From: Dromaius novaehollandiae
Taxonomy: Eukaryota
Direction of reading: 5' to 3'
NCBI RefSeq assembly: GCF_036370855.1
Contig: NC_088135.1
Span: 62,001-126,000, forward strand
DNA length: 64,000 bases
The position numbers and the translations under genes are program-made. This document shows, piece after piece, positions 19,901-30,264 of this stretch (the stretch's first letter is position 1; each line of letters starts with the position of its first letter). The notes beneath the pieces were generated by a model. The model had not been told where the DNA came from. It ran no database searches and was given only the letters and a program-made list of their open reading frames with translations.

Positions 19901-21720
19901 CACCGCTATGACCCCCCCTAAGGCCCTTAGGACACAATATGGCTGCACATGCTAAGCACATGCTAAGAACATGCTAAGCACATGTGACCCATTTGGTGCC
20001 CCATGGGCCTCCCATACCCCCCACATGCCTCCCATGGGGCTGGGACACCGCTACGACCCTCCCCAGGGCCCCTGGGACACAAAATGGCTGCACATGCTAA
20101 GCACATGCTAAGCACATGCTAAGAACATGTGACCCATCTGGTGTCCCAGGGCCCCCCTATGACTCCCAGGTGTCTTCTATGGGGCTGGGACACATCTATG
20201 ACCCTCTTCAAGGCACCTAGGACACGATATAACTGCACATGCTAAGCACATGGTAAGCACATGTAAGCCCTACGGCGTCCCTATGGGCCCAAATGGCTCC
20301 CTGGGGCCTCCCAGGTGCTCGGGAGGCATCTGGGAGCCCCCAAAGGCCCCTTGGGCACTGTGGGAGCGCACACGCTAACAACACGCTAAGCATATGCTAA
20401 GCACATGTGAGCCCTACGGCGTCTCTGTGGCCCCAAACGGCTCCCTGGGGCCTCCCAGGTGCTCGGGAGGCATCTGGGAGCCCCGAAAAAGCCTCACGGC
20501 CATGATGCAAGCGCACACGCTAACAACACGCTAAGCACATGCTAAGCACATGTGACCTCTACGGCGCCTCAATGGCCCCAAACGGCTCCCTGGGGCCTCC
20601 CAGGTGCTCGGCAGGCGCCTGGGAGCCCCCGCGGCGGCCGGGGGCGGGGGAAGGGGCCACGCACACGCTAAGCACACGCTAAGCACACGCTAAGCACACG
20701 CCAGGGACACGCCGGGGACACACGCACCGCGGGTGAAAGCGACGGCGTCGACGTGGTGGGGTCGCAGCCCGGCCTCCCGCAGCGCCGCCGCCACCAGCCC
20801 CAGCACCCGGCGCCGGTGGTGCCGCGCCGCCCCGCCCGGGGCGAAGCCTGCCGGGGTCACGGCGGGGTCGCCGTGAGGTCACGGGGTCACGGCGGGGTCA
20901 CGGGGTCACGCGGAGGTCACGCGGGGGTCACGCGGGGTTGTGGCGGGGTCACGGGGGGGTCACGCGGGGTCGTGGCGGGGTCACAGCGGGGTCGTGGCGA
21001 GGTCACGGGGTCACGGTGAGGTGACAGCGGGGTCACGGGGTCATGCAGGGGGTCACATGGGGGTCACACGGGGTGGTGGCAGGGTCGCAGGGTCACAGTG
21101 GGGTCACACGGGTCACGGGGGGTCACGGTGGGGTCACAGGGGGCCGATGACGTCACGGGGGGTTGCCGTGGGGTCACATGGGGTCGTGGCGGGGTCCTGG
21201 TGGGGTCACGGGGGGGTCACGGGGGCGCGATGGGGTCACGCCAGGGTCGGGGAGGGTCACGGTGGGTCAAGGGGGCGCGGTAGGGTCACATGGAGGTCAC
21301 ATGGGGGTCACGTGGGGGTCATGGGGGTCACGGCAGGGTCACGGGGTCAGGGCGGGGACTCGGGGTGTCCCCGGGGTCATGGGGTCGCGGGGGGGGGTCA
21401 CACGGGGGTCAGGGGTCACGCGCGGGGGGTGGAGCCCCAGGGCCACGTGGCGCCGGGGGGGGCGGGGCCAGCGGTCACGTGGGCGGCCGGCGGGGGGAGC
21501 GCCAAGGGGTCCCGCGCGCGGGGGGGAGGGGGGGAGCCCGCGGAGGAGGGGGGCGCGGTGACGTCACGGGGGCGCGGTGACGTCACGGGGGGGCGGGGCG
21601 CTCACCCTGGCCGGGCGCCGTGACGTAGGTGGCGCGCGGGTTGCTCAGCACCTGCCCGTCGCGCACCAGCCCCGCCCCCACCTTGTTGGCCGAGCCCTCC
21701 AGCCCCAGCACCACCGGCAT
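13885..21720 (-). CDS. OSGEP: OSGEP (Kae1, the tRNA t6A N6-threonylcarbamoyltransferase catalytic subunit), complete 11-exon CDS of 335 codons
   Basis: The eleven exons sum to 1008 nt including the TGA, which equals the 335 aa of human OSGEP. All junctions are GT/AG with consistent phases. The translation is [49 protein letters not shown]...[41 protein letters not shown]...[12 protein letters not shown], collinear with human OSGEP. Confidence 0.9.
14032..14130 (-). CDS. OSGEP: OSGEP exon 10: (R)[32 protein letters not shown](R)
   Basis: Acceptor cccccag|G TTC, donor CAG CG|gtgagag, 99 nt. Confidence 0.85.
14376..14451 (-). CDS. OSGEP: OSGEP exon 9: (C)[24 protein letters not shown](R)
   Basis: Acceptor ccccaag|GT, donor GAG CG|gtgagg, 76 nt. 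Confidence 0.85.
15189..15279 (-). CDS. OSGEP: OSGEP exon 8: [30 protein letters not shown](C)
   Basis: Acceptor ggcgcag|GAG, donor GGC T|gtacgt, 91 nt. Confidence 0.85.
16184..16249 (-). CDS. OSGEP: OSGEP exon 7: [22 protein letters not shown]
   Basis: Acceptor cccgcag|GCA, donor CAG|gtcggc, 66 nt. Confidence 0.85.
17488..17566 (-). CDS. OSGEP: OSGEP exon 6: (K)[26 protein letters not shown]
   Basis: Acceptor ccgcag|G GGG, donor GAG|gtgagg, 79 nt. Confidence 0.85.
17685..17734 (-). CDS. OSGEP: OSGEP exon 5: [16 protein letters not shown](K)
   Basis: Acceptor ccgcag|ATC, donor AAA AA|gtgagtg, 50 nt. Confidence 0.85.
18499..18594 (-). CDS. OSGEP: OSGEP exon 4: [32 protein letters not shown]
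   Basis: Acceptor ccccag|GTC, donor CAG|gtgccg, 96 nt. Confidence 0.85.
18934..19109 (-). CDS. OSGEP: OSGEP exon 3: (G)[58 protein letters not shown]
   Basis: Acceptor ctcggcag|GC, donor CAG|gtacac, 176 nt. Contains the Kae1 metal-binding motif HxxGH. Confidence 0.85.
19130..20720. repeat. Approximately 120 bp tandem repeat carrying GCTTAGCATGTGC / GCTTAGCGTGTGC motifs, about 12 copies, in OSGEP intron 2
   Basis: The unit ...atggctgcacatgctaagcacatgctaagaacatgctaagcacatgtgacccatttggtgccccatgggcctcccatacccccca... repeats with a period of about 120. The same GCTTAGCGTGTGC motif reappears at 51990-52340 and 57560-57600. Confidence 0.85.
20728..20847 (-). CDS. OSGEP: OSGEP exon 2: (G)[39 protein letters not shown](G)
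   Basis: Acceptor ccggcag|GC, donor CGC G|gtgcgt, 120 nt. The 5' boundary could lie up to about 20 nt further upstream within a GTGACCCCG repeat. Confidence 0.75.
21606..21720 (-). CDS. OSGEP: OSGEP exon 1: [38 protein letters not shown](G)
   Basis: The ATG is the reverse complement of cat at 21718-21720. Donor CAG G|gtgagcg, 115 nt. Confidence 0.85.
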
Positions 21721-22797
21721 GACGTCAGCGCCTGCGTCACCACCCGCCCCCCCGGTCACCGCCGCTCCCGCTGCTCCCGCCGCGCCGCTCCGAACTCTCC
21801 GCTTCCGGCCGCGCGCTGCGCCCCCACTTCCGCTTCCGGCAGCGCGCCGCCCACTTCCGCCCGCACTGCCGCCCTACTTCCGCCCGCGCTGCGCTGCCTC
21901 ACTACTTCCGGTCGTGCCACCGCCCTACTTCCGCCCTCACCGCCTCCCTACTTTCGCCCACACTGCGCTGCCTCACTACTTCCGGTCGTGACACTGCCCT
22001 ACTTCCGCCCTCACCGCCTCCCTACTTCCGCCCGCACTGCGCGGCTTCGCTACTTCCGCCCGCGCCGCCTCCCTACTTCCGCCCGCGCCGCGCCGCCTCC
22101 CTACATCCGCCCGCCCGGCGCTCCTCCTCCTTCCGCTTCCGGCCCCGCCCCTTCCGCCCGCGTGCGTCCAGCGGCGGCGGCAGCAGCGGAGCTTCTCCCC
22201 GCTCCTCCCCCCCCCACCGCCGCTCCCGCGGGCGCTGATTGGCTGCGAGGGGCCCCCCCCGTGCCCCGCCCCCACCGGAGCGGCGCGGCGGGCGCTGATT
22301 GGCTGCGAGGGGCTTTTCGCCCCCCCCCCACCGTGCCCCGCCCCCACCGGAGCGGCGCGGCGAGGCGAACCGGGCGGCGCTGATTGGTTCGGAGCGGCGC
22401 GGCGGGCGCTGATTGGCTGCGGCGGGGTGGTGGCCGGGGGGGGGGGAGGGGGGGGCGGAGGCGCGGGGGGGGGGGGGGGCGAGCTACGGCGCGCGCTGAT
22501 TGGCCGCGCCGCGCGTGGGGGGGGGGGCGGGCTTTGCCTTCACGGGCGCTCCTGATTGGCCGGGCCCGCGCGGCGCGCGCTGATTGGCCGAGGCGCGCGG
22601 AAGGGGCGGGGCTTCGCGCCTCCCCTCTTCCCCCCCCCCCCCCCCCCCCCCCACAACGGCCGGTTCCTCTCCAGGGAGGCGGCGCCGAGCGAGGGGGCGT
22701 GGCCTGCCGCCGAGGGGGCGTGGCCTGCCGCCGAGGGGTGTGATCTGCCGCCGAGGGGGCGTGGTCTGCCGCCGAGGGGGCGTGGCCTGCAGCCGCC
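21721..22797. promoter_or_regulatory. Bidirectional CpG-island promoter shared by OSGEP(-) and APEX1(+), which are head to head about 1.08 kb apart
   Basis: There are at least 12 tandem ETS/GABP-type motifs (plus-strand ACTTCCG(C/G), reading CGGAAGT on the other strand) between 21780 and 22140. Seven CCAAT boxes of the form GCGCTGATTGGC(C/T) lie between 22230 and 22590. A CRE palindrome TGACGTCA at 21721-21728 abuts the OSGEP ATG. Confidence 0.6.
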
Positions 22798-22864
22798 ATG
22801 CCGAAGCGGAGCAAGAAGGAGGCGGCGGAGGGAGACGCTGGGAAGGAAGCGGCCGCTGAGACCG
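22798..22864 (+). CDS. APEX1: APEX1 coding exon 1: [22 protein letters not shown](G)
   Basis: ATG at 22798, donor ACC G|gtacgg. Confidence 0.8.
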
Positions 22865-25800
22865 GTACGGACCAGTTTGGACCAGTATAAACCAGTATGG
22901 ACCAGTATAAACCAGTATAGACCAGTATAGAGCAGTTTAGACCAGTATAGACCAGTATAGACCAGTATAAACCAGTATAGACCAGTATAGACCAATATGG
23001 GTTGGGGCTCCCTCCCACTGTCCTCCCCAGGCCCCCCAGTGCCCTCCCAGTGCCTCCCAGTATGTCCCAGTGGCTCCCAGTAGCCCCCCCAATATGTCCC
23101 AGTGGGCCTCCAGTGCCGTCCCAGTATGTCCCAGTGTTGTCCAGTACTTCCCAGTATCTCCCAAGGCCGTCCCAGCATCACCCAGTGCCTCCCAGTATCT
23201 CCCAGTCCCCTCCCAGTAGCCCCTAGTGCCCTCCCAGTTCACCCAGTCCCCTCCCAGTGCCTCCCAGGGCCCCCCCAGCTCCCCCCTAGACCCTCCCCAG
23301 TGCCCCCCAGTGCCCCCCAAACCCCCCCCAGTGCCTCCCGGTCCCTTCCCAGTGCCCCCCAGTGCTTCGCAGTGCCTCCCAGTGCCCCCCAGTGCCCCCC
23401 AGACTCTCTCCAGTGCCCCCCAAACCCTCTCCAGTACCTCCCAGTGCCCCCCAGTGCCTCCCAGTGCCCCCCAAGTCCTCTCTAGACCCTCCCCAGTGCC
23501 CTCCCAGTGCCTCCCAGTGCCCCCCAAATCCCCTCTAGACCCTCCCCAGTGCCTCCCAGTGCCCTGCAAGCCCCCCTAGACCCTCCCCAGTGCCTCCCAG
23601 TGCCCTGCAACCCCCCCTAGACCCTCCCCAGTCCCTCCCAGTGCCCCCCAGTGCCTCCCAGTCCCCCCCCAGTGCCTCCCAGTGCCTCCCAGTGTCTCCC
23701 CAGTGCCTCCCAGTGCCTCCCAGTGCCTCCCAGTGCCCCCCAAATCCCCTCTAGACCCTCCCCAGTGCCTCCCAGTGCCCTGCAAGCCCCCCTAGACCCT
23801 CCCCAGTGCCTCCCAGTGCCCCCCAGTGCCTCCCAGTCCTCCCCCAGTGCCTCCCAGTGCCTCCCAGTGTCTCCCCAGTGCCTCCCAGTGCCCCCCAGTG
23901 CCTCCCAGTGCCCCCCAAGTCCTCTCTGGACCCTCCCCAGTGCCTCCCAGTGCCTCCCAGCACCCCCAAGTCCCCTCTAGACCCTCCCCAGTGCCTCCCA
24001 GTGCCCCCCAGTGCCTCCCAGTGCCCCCCATATCCCCTCTAGACCCTCCCCAGTGCCCACCTAGTCCCCCCCAGACCCTCCCCTGTCCCCCCCAGACCCT
24101 CCCCAGTGCCTCCCAGTGCCCCCCAGTGCCTCCCAGTGCCCCCCAAATCCCCTCTAGACCCTTCCAAGTGCCCCCCAGTGCCTCCCAGTGCCCCCCAGTG
24201 CCTCCCAGTGCCCCCCAAGTCCCCTCTAGACCCTCCCCAGTGCCTCCCAGTCCCCCACAGTGCCTCCCAGTGCCTCCCAGTGCCCCCCAGTGACGCCGGC
24301 TCCCCCCCCCACGCAGGAGGGCGCCCCCCGAAGGCCCCGCGGGGCGACGGGGGGGAGGCGGCGCCCTACGAGGACCCCCCCGACCGGCTGACGTCACCGG
24401 GGGGGCAGCGCTTCACCCTCAAGGTGACGTCGTGGAACGTCGACGGCCTCCGCGCCTGGGTGCGCAAGCAGGGCCTGCAGGTGAGCAGGGGCCCAGGCGT
24501 CCGGGAGAGGGGCCCAGGCGTCCGGGAGAGGGGCCCAGGCGTCCGGGAGGGGCCCAGGTGTCCAGGAGAGGGGCTCAGGTGGGCAGGGAGGGGCCCAGGC
24601 GTCCGGGAAAAGGGCCCAGGCGTCCGGGGAGGGCCCAGGCGTCCGGGAGGGGCCCAGGAGTCCGGGGAGGGGCCCAGGCGTCCGGGGAGGGGCCCAGGTG
24701 TCCAGGAAGGGGCCCAGGTGGGCAGGGAGGGGCCCAGGCGTCTGAGTAAAGGGCCCAGGCGTCCGGGTGAGGGTCCAGGCGTCAGGGAAAAGGGCCCAGG
24801 CGTCCAGGAAGGGCCCAGGAGTCTGGGAAAAGGGCCCAGGCATCCGGGAAGGGGCCCAGGCGTCCGGGAGAGGGGCCCAGGCGTCCGGGTGAGGGCCCAG
24901 GCGTCCGGGGAGGGGCCCAGGCATCCAGGAGGGGCCCAGGCGTCCGGGAAAGGGGCCCAGGCGTCCGGGAGAGGGGCCCAGGCGTCCAGGTGAGGGGCCC
25001 AGGTGTCCGGGAGGGGCCCAGGCGTCCAGGAAAGGGCCCAGGCATCCGGGAAAGGGGCCCGGGTGTCCGGGGACGGGCCCAGGCGTCCGGGAGAGGAGCC
25101 CAGGTGTCCGGGGAAGGGCCCAGGCGTCCGGGAGAGGGGCCCAGGCGTCCGGGGAGGGGCCCAGGCGTCCTGGAAGGGTCCCAGGCGTCCTGCCACCCCC
25201 CCCCCGTGTCCCCCCCCCGGCAGTGGGTGCAGGAGGAGGCCCCGGACGTGCTGTGCCTGCAGGAGACCAAGTGCGCGGGGGGGGCGGTGCCCCCGGAGGT
25301 GCGGGCCCTGCCCGGCCTCCCCCACCAGTTCTGGGCCAGCGCCGAGGGCAAGGCCGGCTACAGCGGCGTGGGGCTGCTGGCCCGCCACGAGCCCCTCAGC
25401 GTCACCTACGGCATCGGTGAGTCCCCCCCCGGCCCCCAAAATGCTCCTTTCTGCCCCAAACCGGCGTCGTGCTGCCCCAAAATACTCTTTTGTTACTCCA
25501 AAATACTCTTTTTCTGCTCAAAAACGCTCTTTTCTATCCCAAAATGGCATCGTTGTACCCCAAAACACTCTTTTGTTACTCCAAAATACTCATTTTCTAC
25601 TCAAAAAGGCTTTTTTCTACCCCAAAATGGTGTCGTCGTACCCCAAAATACTCTTTTGTTACTCCAAAATGCTCGTTTCCTGCTCGAAAACGTTCTTTTC
25701 TGTCCCAAAATGGCGGCATCATACCCCAAAAACTCTTTTTTGTTACTCCAAAATACTCTTTTGTTACTCCAAAATACTCTTATCCCGCTCGAAAACGCTC

Positions 25801-28800
25801 TTTTCTGTTCTAAAATGGCGTCGCTGTACCCCAAAATACTCTTGTTACTCCAAAATACTCATTTGTTGCTCCAAAATACTCTTTCCCCGTTCGAAAACGT
25901 TCTTTTCTGTCCCAAAATGGCGTCGTAGTACCCCGAAACTCTCATTTGTTACTCCAAAATACTCATTTTCTACCCAAAAAGGCTCTTTTGTACCCTAAAC
26001 TGGGCTTGTGCTACCCCAAAATGCTCATTTGTTACTCTAAAATACTCTTCCTACTCAAAAACGCTCTTTTCTATCCCAAAATGGTGTCGTACTACCCCAA
26101 AATACTCATTTGTTGCTGCAAAATACTCTTCCCACTTGAAAATGCTCTTTTCTGTCCCAAAATGGCATGGGGCTGCTGGCCCGCCACGAGCCCCTCAGCG
26201 TCACCTACGGCATCGGTGAGTCCCCCCCCGGCCCCCAAAGTGCTCCTTTCTGCCCCAAACCGGCGTCGTGCTGCCCCAAAATACTCCTTTGTTACTCCAA
26301 AATACTCTTTTCCCGCTCGAAAACGCTCTTTTCTATCCCAAAATGGCATCGTTGTACCCCAAAACACTCTTTTGTTACTCCAAAATACTCTTTTCCCGCT
26401 CGAAAATGATCATTTCTATCCCAAAATGGTGGCATCGTACCCCAAAATACTCTTTTGTTACTCCAGAATACTTTTTTCCCGCTCGAAAACGCTCTTTTCT
26501 ATCCCAAAATGGCGTCGTTGTACCCTAAAATACTTTTGTTACTCCAAAATACTCATTTCCTACTCAAAAAGGCTGTTTTCTACCCCAAAATGGTGTCGTC
26601 GTACCCCAAAATACTCTTTTGTTACTCCAAAATACTCTTTTCCCGCTCGAAAAAGTTTTTTTCTGTCCCAAAATGGCGCCATCATACCCCAAAAACTCTT
26701 TTTTCTTACTCCAAAATACTCGTTTGTTACTCCAAAATACTCTTATCCCGCTCGAAAACACTCTTTTCTGTCCTAAAATGGCGTCGCTGTACCCCAAAAT
26801 ACTCTTGTTACTCCAAAATACTCATTTGTTGCTCCAAAATACTGTTTTCCCGCTCGAAAACGCTCTTTTCTATCGCAAAATGGTGTCATCGTACCCCAAA
26901 ATACTCTTTTGTTACTCCAAAATACTTTTTCCCGCTCGAAAACGCTCTTTTCTATCCCAAAATGGCGTCGTTGTACCCCGAAACTCTCATTTGTTACTCC
27001 AAAATACTCATTTTCTACCCAAAAAGGCTCTTTTCTACCCTAAACTGGGCTTGTGCTACCCCAAAATGCTCATTTGTTACTCTAAAATACTCTTCCTACT
27101 CAAAAACGCTCTTTTCTATCCCAAAATGGTGTCGTACTACCCCAAAATACTCATTTGTTGCTGCAAAATACTCTTCCCACTTGAAAATGCTCTTTTCTGT
27201 CCCAAAATGGCATGGGGCTGCTGGCCCGCCACGAGCCCCTCAGCGTCACCTACGGCATCGGTGAGTCCCCCCCCGGCCCCCAAAGTGCTCCTTTCTGCCC
27301 CAAACCGGCGTCGTGCTGCCCCAAAATACTCTTTTCCCGCTCGAAAATGCTCTTTTCTATTCTAAAATGGCGTTGTTGCACCCTAAAATACTGTTGTTAC
27401 TCCAAAATACTCTATTGTTGCTCCAAAATATTCTTTTCCCACTGAAAAATGCTCTTTTCTATCCCAAAATGGTGTCGTCCTACCCTAAAATACTCTTTTG
27501 TTACTGCAAAATTCTTATTTCCTACTCCAAAAGACTCTTTTCTACCCCAAAATGGTGTCATCGTACCCCAAAATACTCCTTTGTTACTCCAAAATATTCT
27601 TTTCCTGGTCGAAAATGCTCTTTTTTGTCCCAAAATGGCATCGTCGTACCCCAAAAACCTCTTTTGTTACTCTGAAATACTCATTTGTTACTACAAAATA
27701 CTCTTTCCCGCTCAAAAATGCTCTTTTCTATCCCAAAATGGCATCGTCATACCACAAAACTCTCATTTGTTACTCCGGAATACTCATTTGTTACTCCAAA
27801 ATACTCTTTCCCACTTGAAAATGCTCTTTTCTATCCCAAAATGGCATCATAGTACCCCAAAATATTTGCTACTCCAAAATACTCATTTGTTACTCCAAAA
27901 TACTCTCTTCCCGCTCGAAAATGCTCTTTTCTATCCCAAAATGGCGTTGTTGTACCACAAAACTCTCATTTGTTACTCCAAAATACTCATTTGTTACTCC
28001 AAAATACTCTTTTCCCGCTTGAAAATGCTCTATTTTATTCCCAAATGGTGTCATAGTACCCCAAAATACGCATTTGTTATCCCAAAATACGCATTTGTTA
28101 CTCAAAAATGCTCTTTTTTACCCCAGACTGGGCTCCTGCTACCCCAAAGTACTCTTTTGTTACTCCAAAATACTCTTTTCTCGCTCGAAAACGCTCTTTT
28201 CTATCCCAAAACGGCGTTGTGGTACCCCAAAATACTCATTTGTTACTCCAAAGTACTCATTTGTTACCCCAAAGTACTCTTTTGTTACTCCAAAATACTC
28301 TTCCCACTCGAAAACGCTCTTTTCTATCCCAAAATAGCATTGTGGTACCCCAAAATACTTATTTGTTACTCCAAAATACTCATTTGTTACTCCAAAGTAC
28401 TCTTTTCCCGCTCAAAAATGCTCTTTTCTGTCCCAAAATGGCGTGATAGTACCCCAAAATACTCGTTTGTTACTCCAAAATATTAATATTCTACTCTAAA
28501 ATGCTCTTTTCTACCCCAAGCTGGCCTCTTGCTGCCCCAAAACACTCCCTTGTTGCCCCAAAATACCCATTTGCCACCCTGAAATACTCTTTTTTGCCCC
28601 AAACTGGCCTCGTAGTACCCTGAAGAACTCATTTGTTACTCAAAAATACTCATTTCCTACCCTAAAATGCTCTTTTCTGTCCCAAACTGGGCTCGTGCTG
28701 CCCTGAAATACTCATTTTGTCCCTCTTCTGCCCCCGTTCCGTCCATCTGCTCCTCTTTCATCCATCTCCTGTTCCATCCATCTCCTGTTCCATCCATCTT

Positions 28801-30264
28801 GTCTTATTCCATCTATTTTTTGCTCCCATTTGCTCCATCTTTCTCCATTCCATCCATCTTCTTCTGTTCCATCTTCTCCTCCTGCTCCATCCATCTCCTC
28901 CCGCTCCATCCATCTCCTCCTCCTGGTTCCCTCCATCTTCTCCTGCTCCATCCATCCATCTTCTCCTGTTTCGTCCATCTTTTCCTGTTTCGTCCATCTT
29001 CTCCCATTTCATCCATCTTCTGTTTTTCTATCCATCTTCTCCCGTTTCATCCATCTCCTCCTGTTCCATCCATTTTGTCCTGCTCCATCCATCCATCTTG
29101 TCCTGCTGCATCCATCCATCTTGTCCCACTCCATCCATCTTGTTCTGCTCCATCCATCCATCTCCTCCTCCATCCATCCATCCATCTCCTCCTCCATCCA
29201 TCCATCTCCTGCTCCATCCATCCATCTCCTCCTCCATCCATCCATCTCCTGCTCCATCTATCCATCTTGTCCTCCTCCATCCATCCATCTTCTGCTGCTC
29301 CATCCATCCATCTCCTGCTCCATCCGTCCATCTCCTCCTGCTCCATCCATCCATCTCCTCCTCCATCCATCCATCTTGTTCTCCTCCATCCATCCATCTT
29401 CTGCTGCTCCATCCATCCATCTCCTCCCGTTCCATCTTCTCCTCCATCTCCTGCTCCATCCATCCATCTCCTTCTCCATCCATCCATCTTGTTCTCCTCC
29501 ATCCATCCATGTCCTTCTCCATCCATCCATCTTGTCCTCTTCCATCCATCCATCTCCTCCTGTTCCATCCGTCTTCTCCCGTTCCATCCATCTTCTCCCG
29601 TTCCATCCATCTCCTCCTCCATCTCCTGCTCCATCCATCCATCTCCTCCTCCATCCACCCCTCCCTTCCCGTCCCCCCCATCACCATTTCCCCCCGTTTC
29701 CCCCCCGTTTTTCACCGTTTCCCCCCCGTTTCCCCCCACAAAACCGCAGGCGACGAGGAGCACGACCGCGAGGGCCGCGTCCTCACCGCCGAGTTCCCCG
29801 CCCTCTTCGTGGTGGCCGCCTACGTCCCCAACGCCGGCCGCGGCTTGGCCCGCCTGGGCCGCCGTACCCGCTGGGACGCCGCCTTCCGCGCCTTCCTCGC
29901 CCGCCTCGACGCCCGCAAGCCCGTGGCCCTCGCCGGCGACCTCAACGTGGCCCACGGCCCCCTCGACCTCCGCCACCCCCGCGCCAACCGCCGGGCGCCC
30001 GGCTTCACCGACGAGGAGCGCGGGGCCTTCACCGCCCTCCTGGACGCCGGCTTCATCGACTCCTTCCGCCACCTTTACCCCGCCGTGCCCCACGCCTACA
30101 CCTTCTGGACCTACTTGGGGGGCGCCCGGGCCCGCAACGTGGGCTGGCGCCTCGACTACTTCGTCCTCTCCCGGCGGCTCCAAGGGGCCCTTTGCGACAG
30201 CAAGATCCGCTCCAAGGTCATGGGCAGCGACCACTGCCCCATCACGCTCTACCTGGCCCTATAG
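22798..30264 (+). CDS. APEX1: APEX1 (APE1/Ref-1, AP endonuclease 1), complete CDS in 4 coding exons, 312 aa
   Basis: Exon lengths 67+164+193+515 = 939 nt, in frame. The translation is collinear with human APEX1: ...[38 protein letters not shown]|[17 protein letters not shown]...[20 protein letters not shown]|[15 protein letters not shown]...[12 protein letters not shown]...[12 protein letters not shown]. Confidence 0.9.
24317..24480 (+). CDS. APEX1: APEX1 coding exon 2: (G)[54 protein letters not shown]
   Basis: Acceptor cccacgcag|GA, donor CAG|gtgagc, 164 nt. Confidence 0.85.
25224..25416 (+). CDS. APEX1: APEX1 coding exon 3: [64 protein letters not shown](G)
   Basis: Acceptor ccccccccggcag|TGG, donor ATC G|gtgagt, 193 nt. 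Confidence 0.85.
25420..28700. repeat. AT-richer 30-40 bp satellite (CCAAAATACTCTTTTGTTACTCCAAAATACTC...) in APEX1 intron 3, containing two extra copies of the exon-3 3' end plus donor
   Basis: The fragments tggggctgctggcccgccacgagcccctcagcgtcacctacggcatcggtgagtcccccccc at about 26166-26222 and 27213-27270 duplicate 25367-25423. Confidence 0.9.
28700..29700. repeat. CCATCCATCT(CCTC) satellite in APEX1 intron 3
   Basis: ccatccatctcctcctgctccatccatccatct... Confidence 0.85.
29750..30264 (+). CDS. APEX1: APEX1 coding exon 4 (terminal): (G)[32 protein letters not shown]...[12 protein letters not shown]
   Basis: Acceptor aaaaccgcag|GC, TAG at 30262-30264, 515 nt. Confidence 0.9.

Noticed and set aside
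26158-27270. Additional APEX1 coding exons at the duplicated exon-3 fragments
   Set aside because: The copies lack an acceptor and reproduce only the last ~49 nt of exon 3. The full-length CDS is already complete with four exons.
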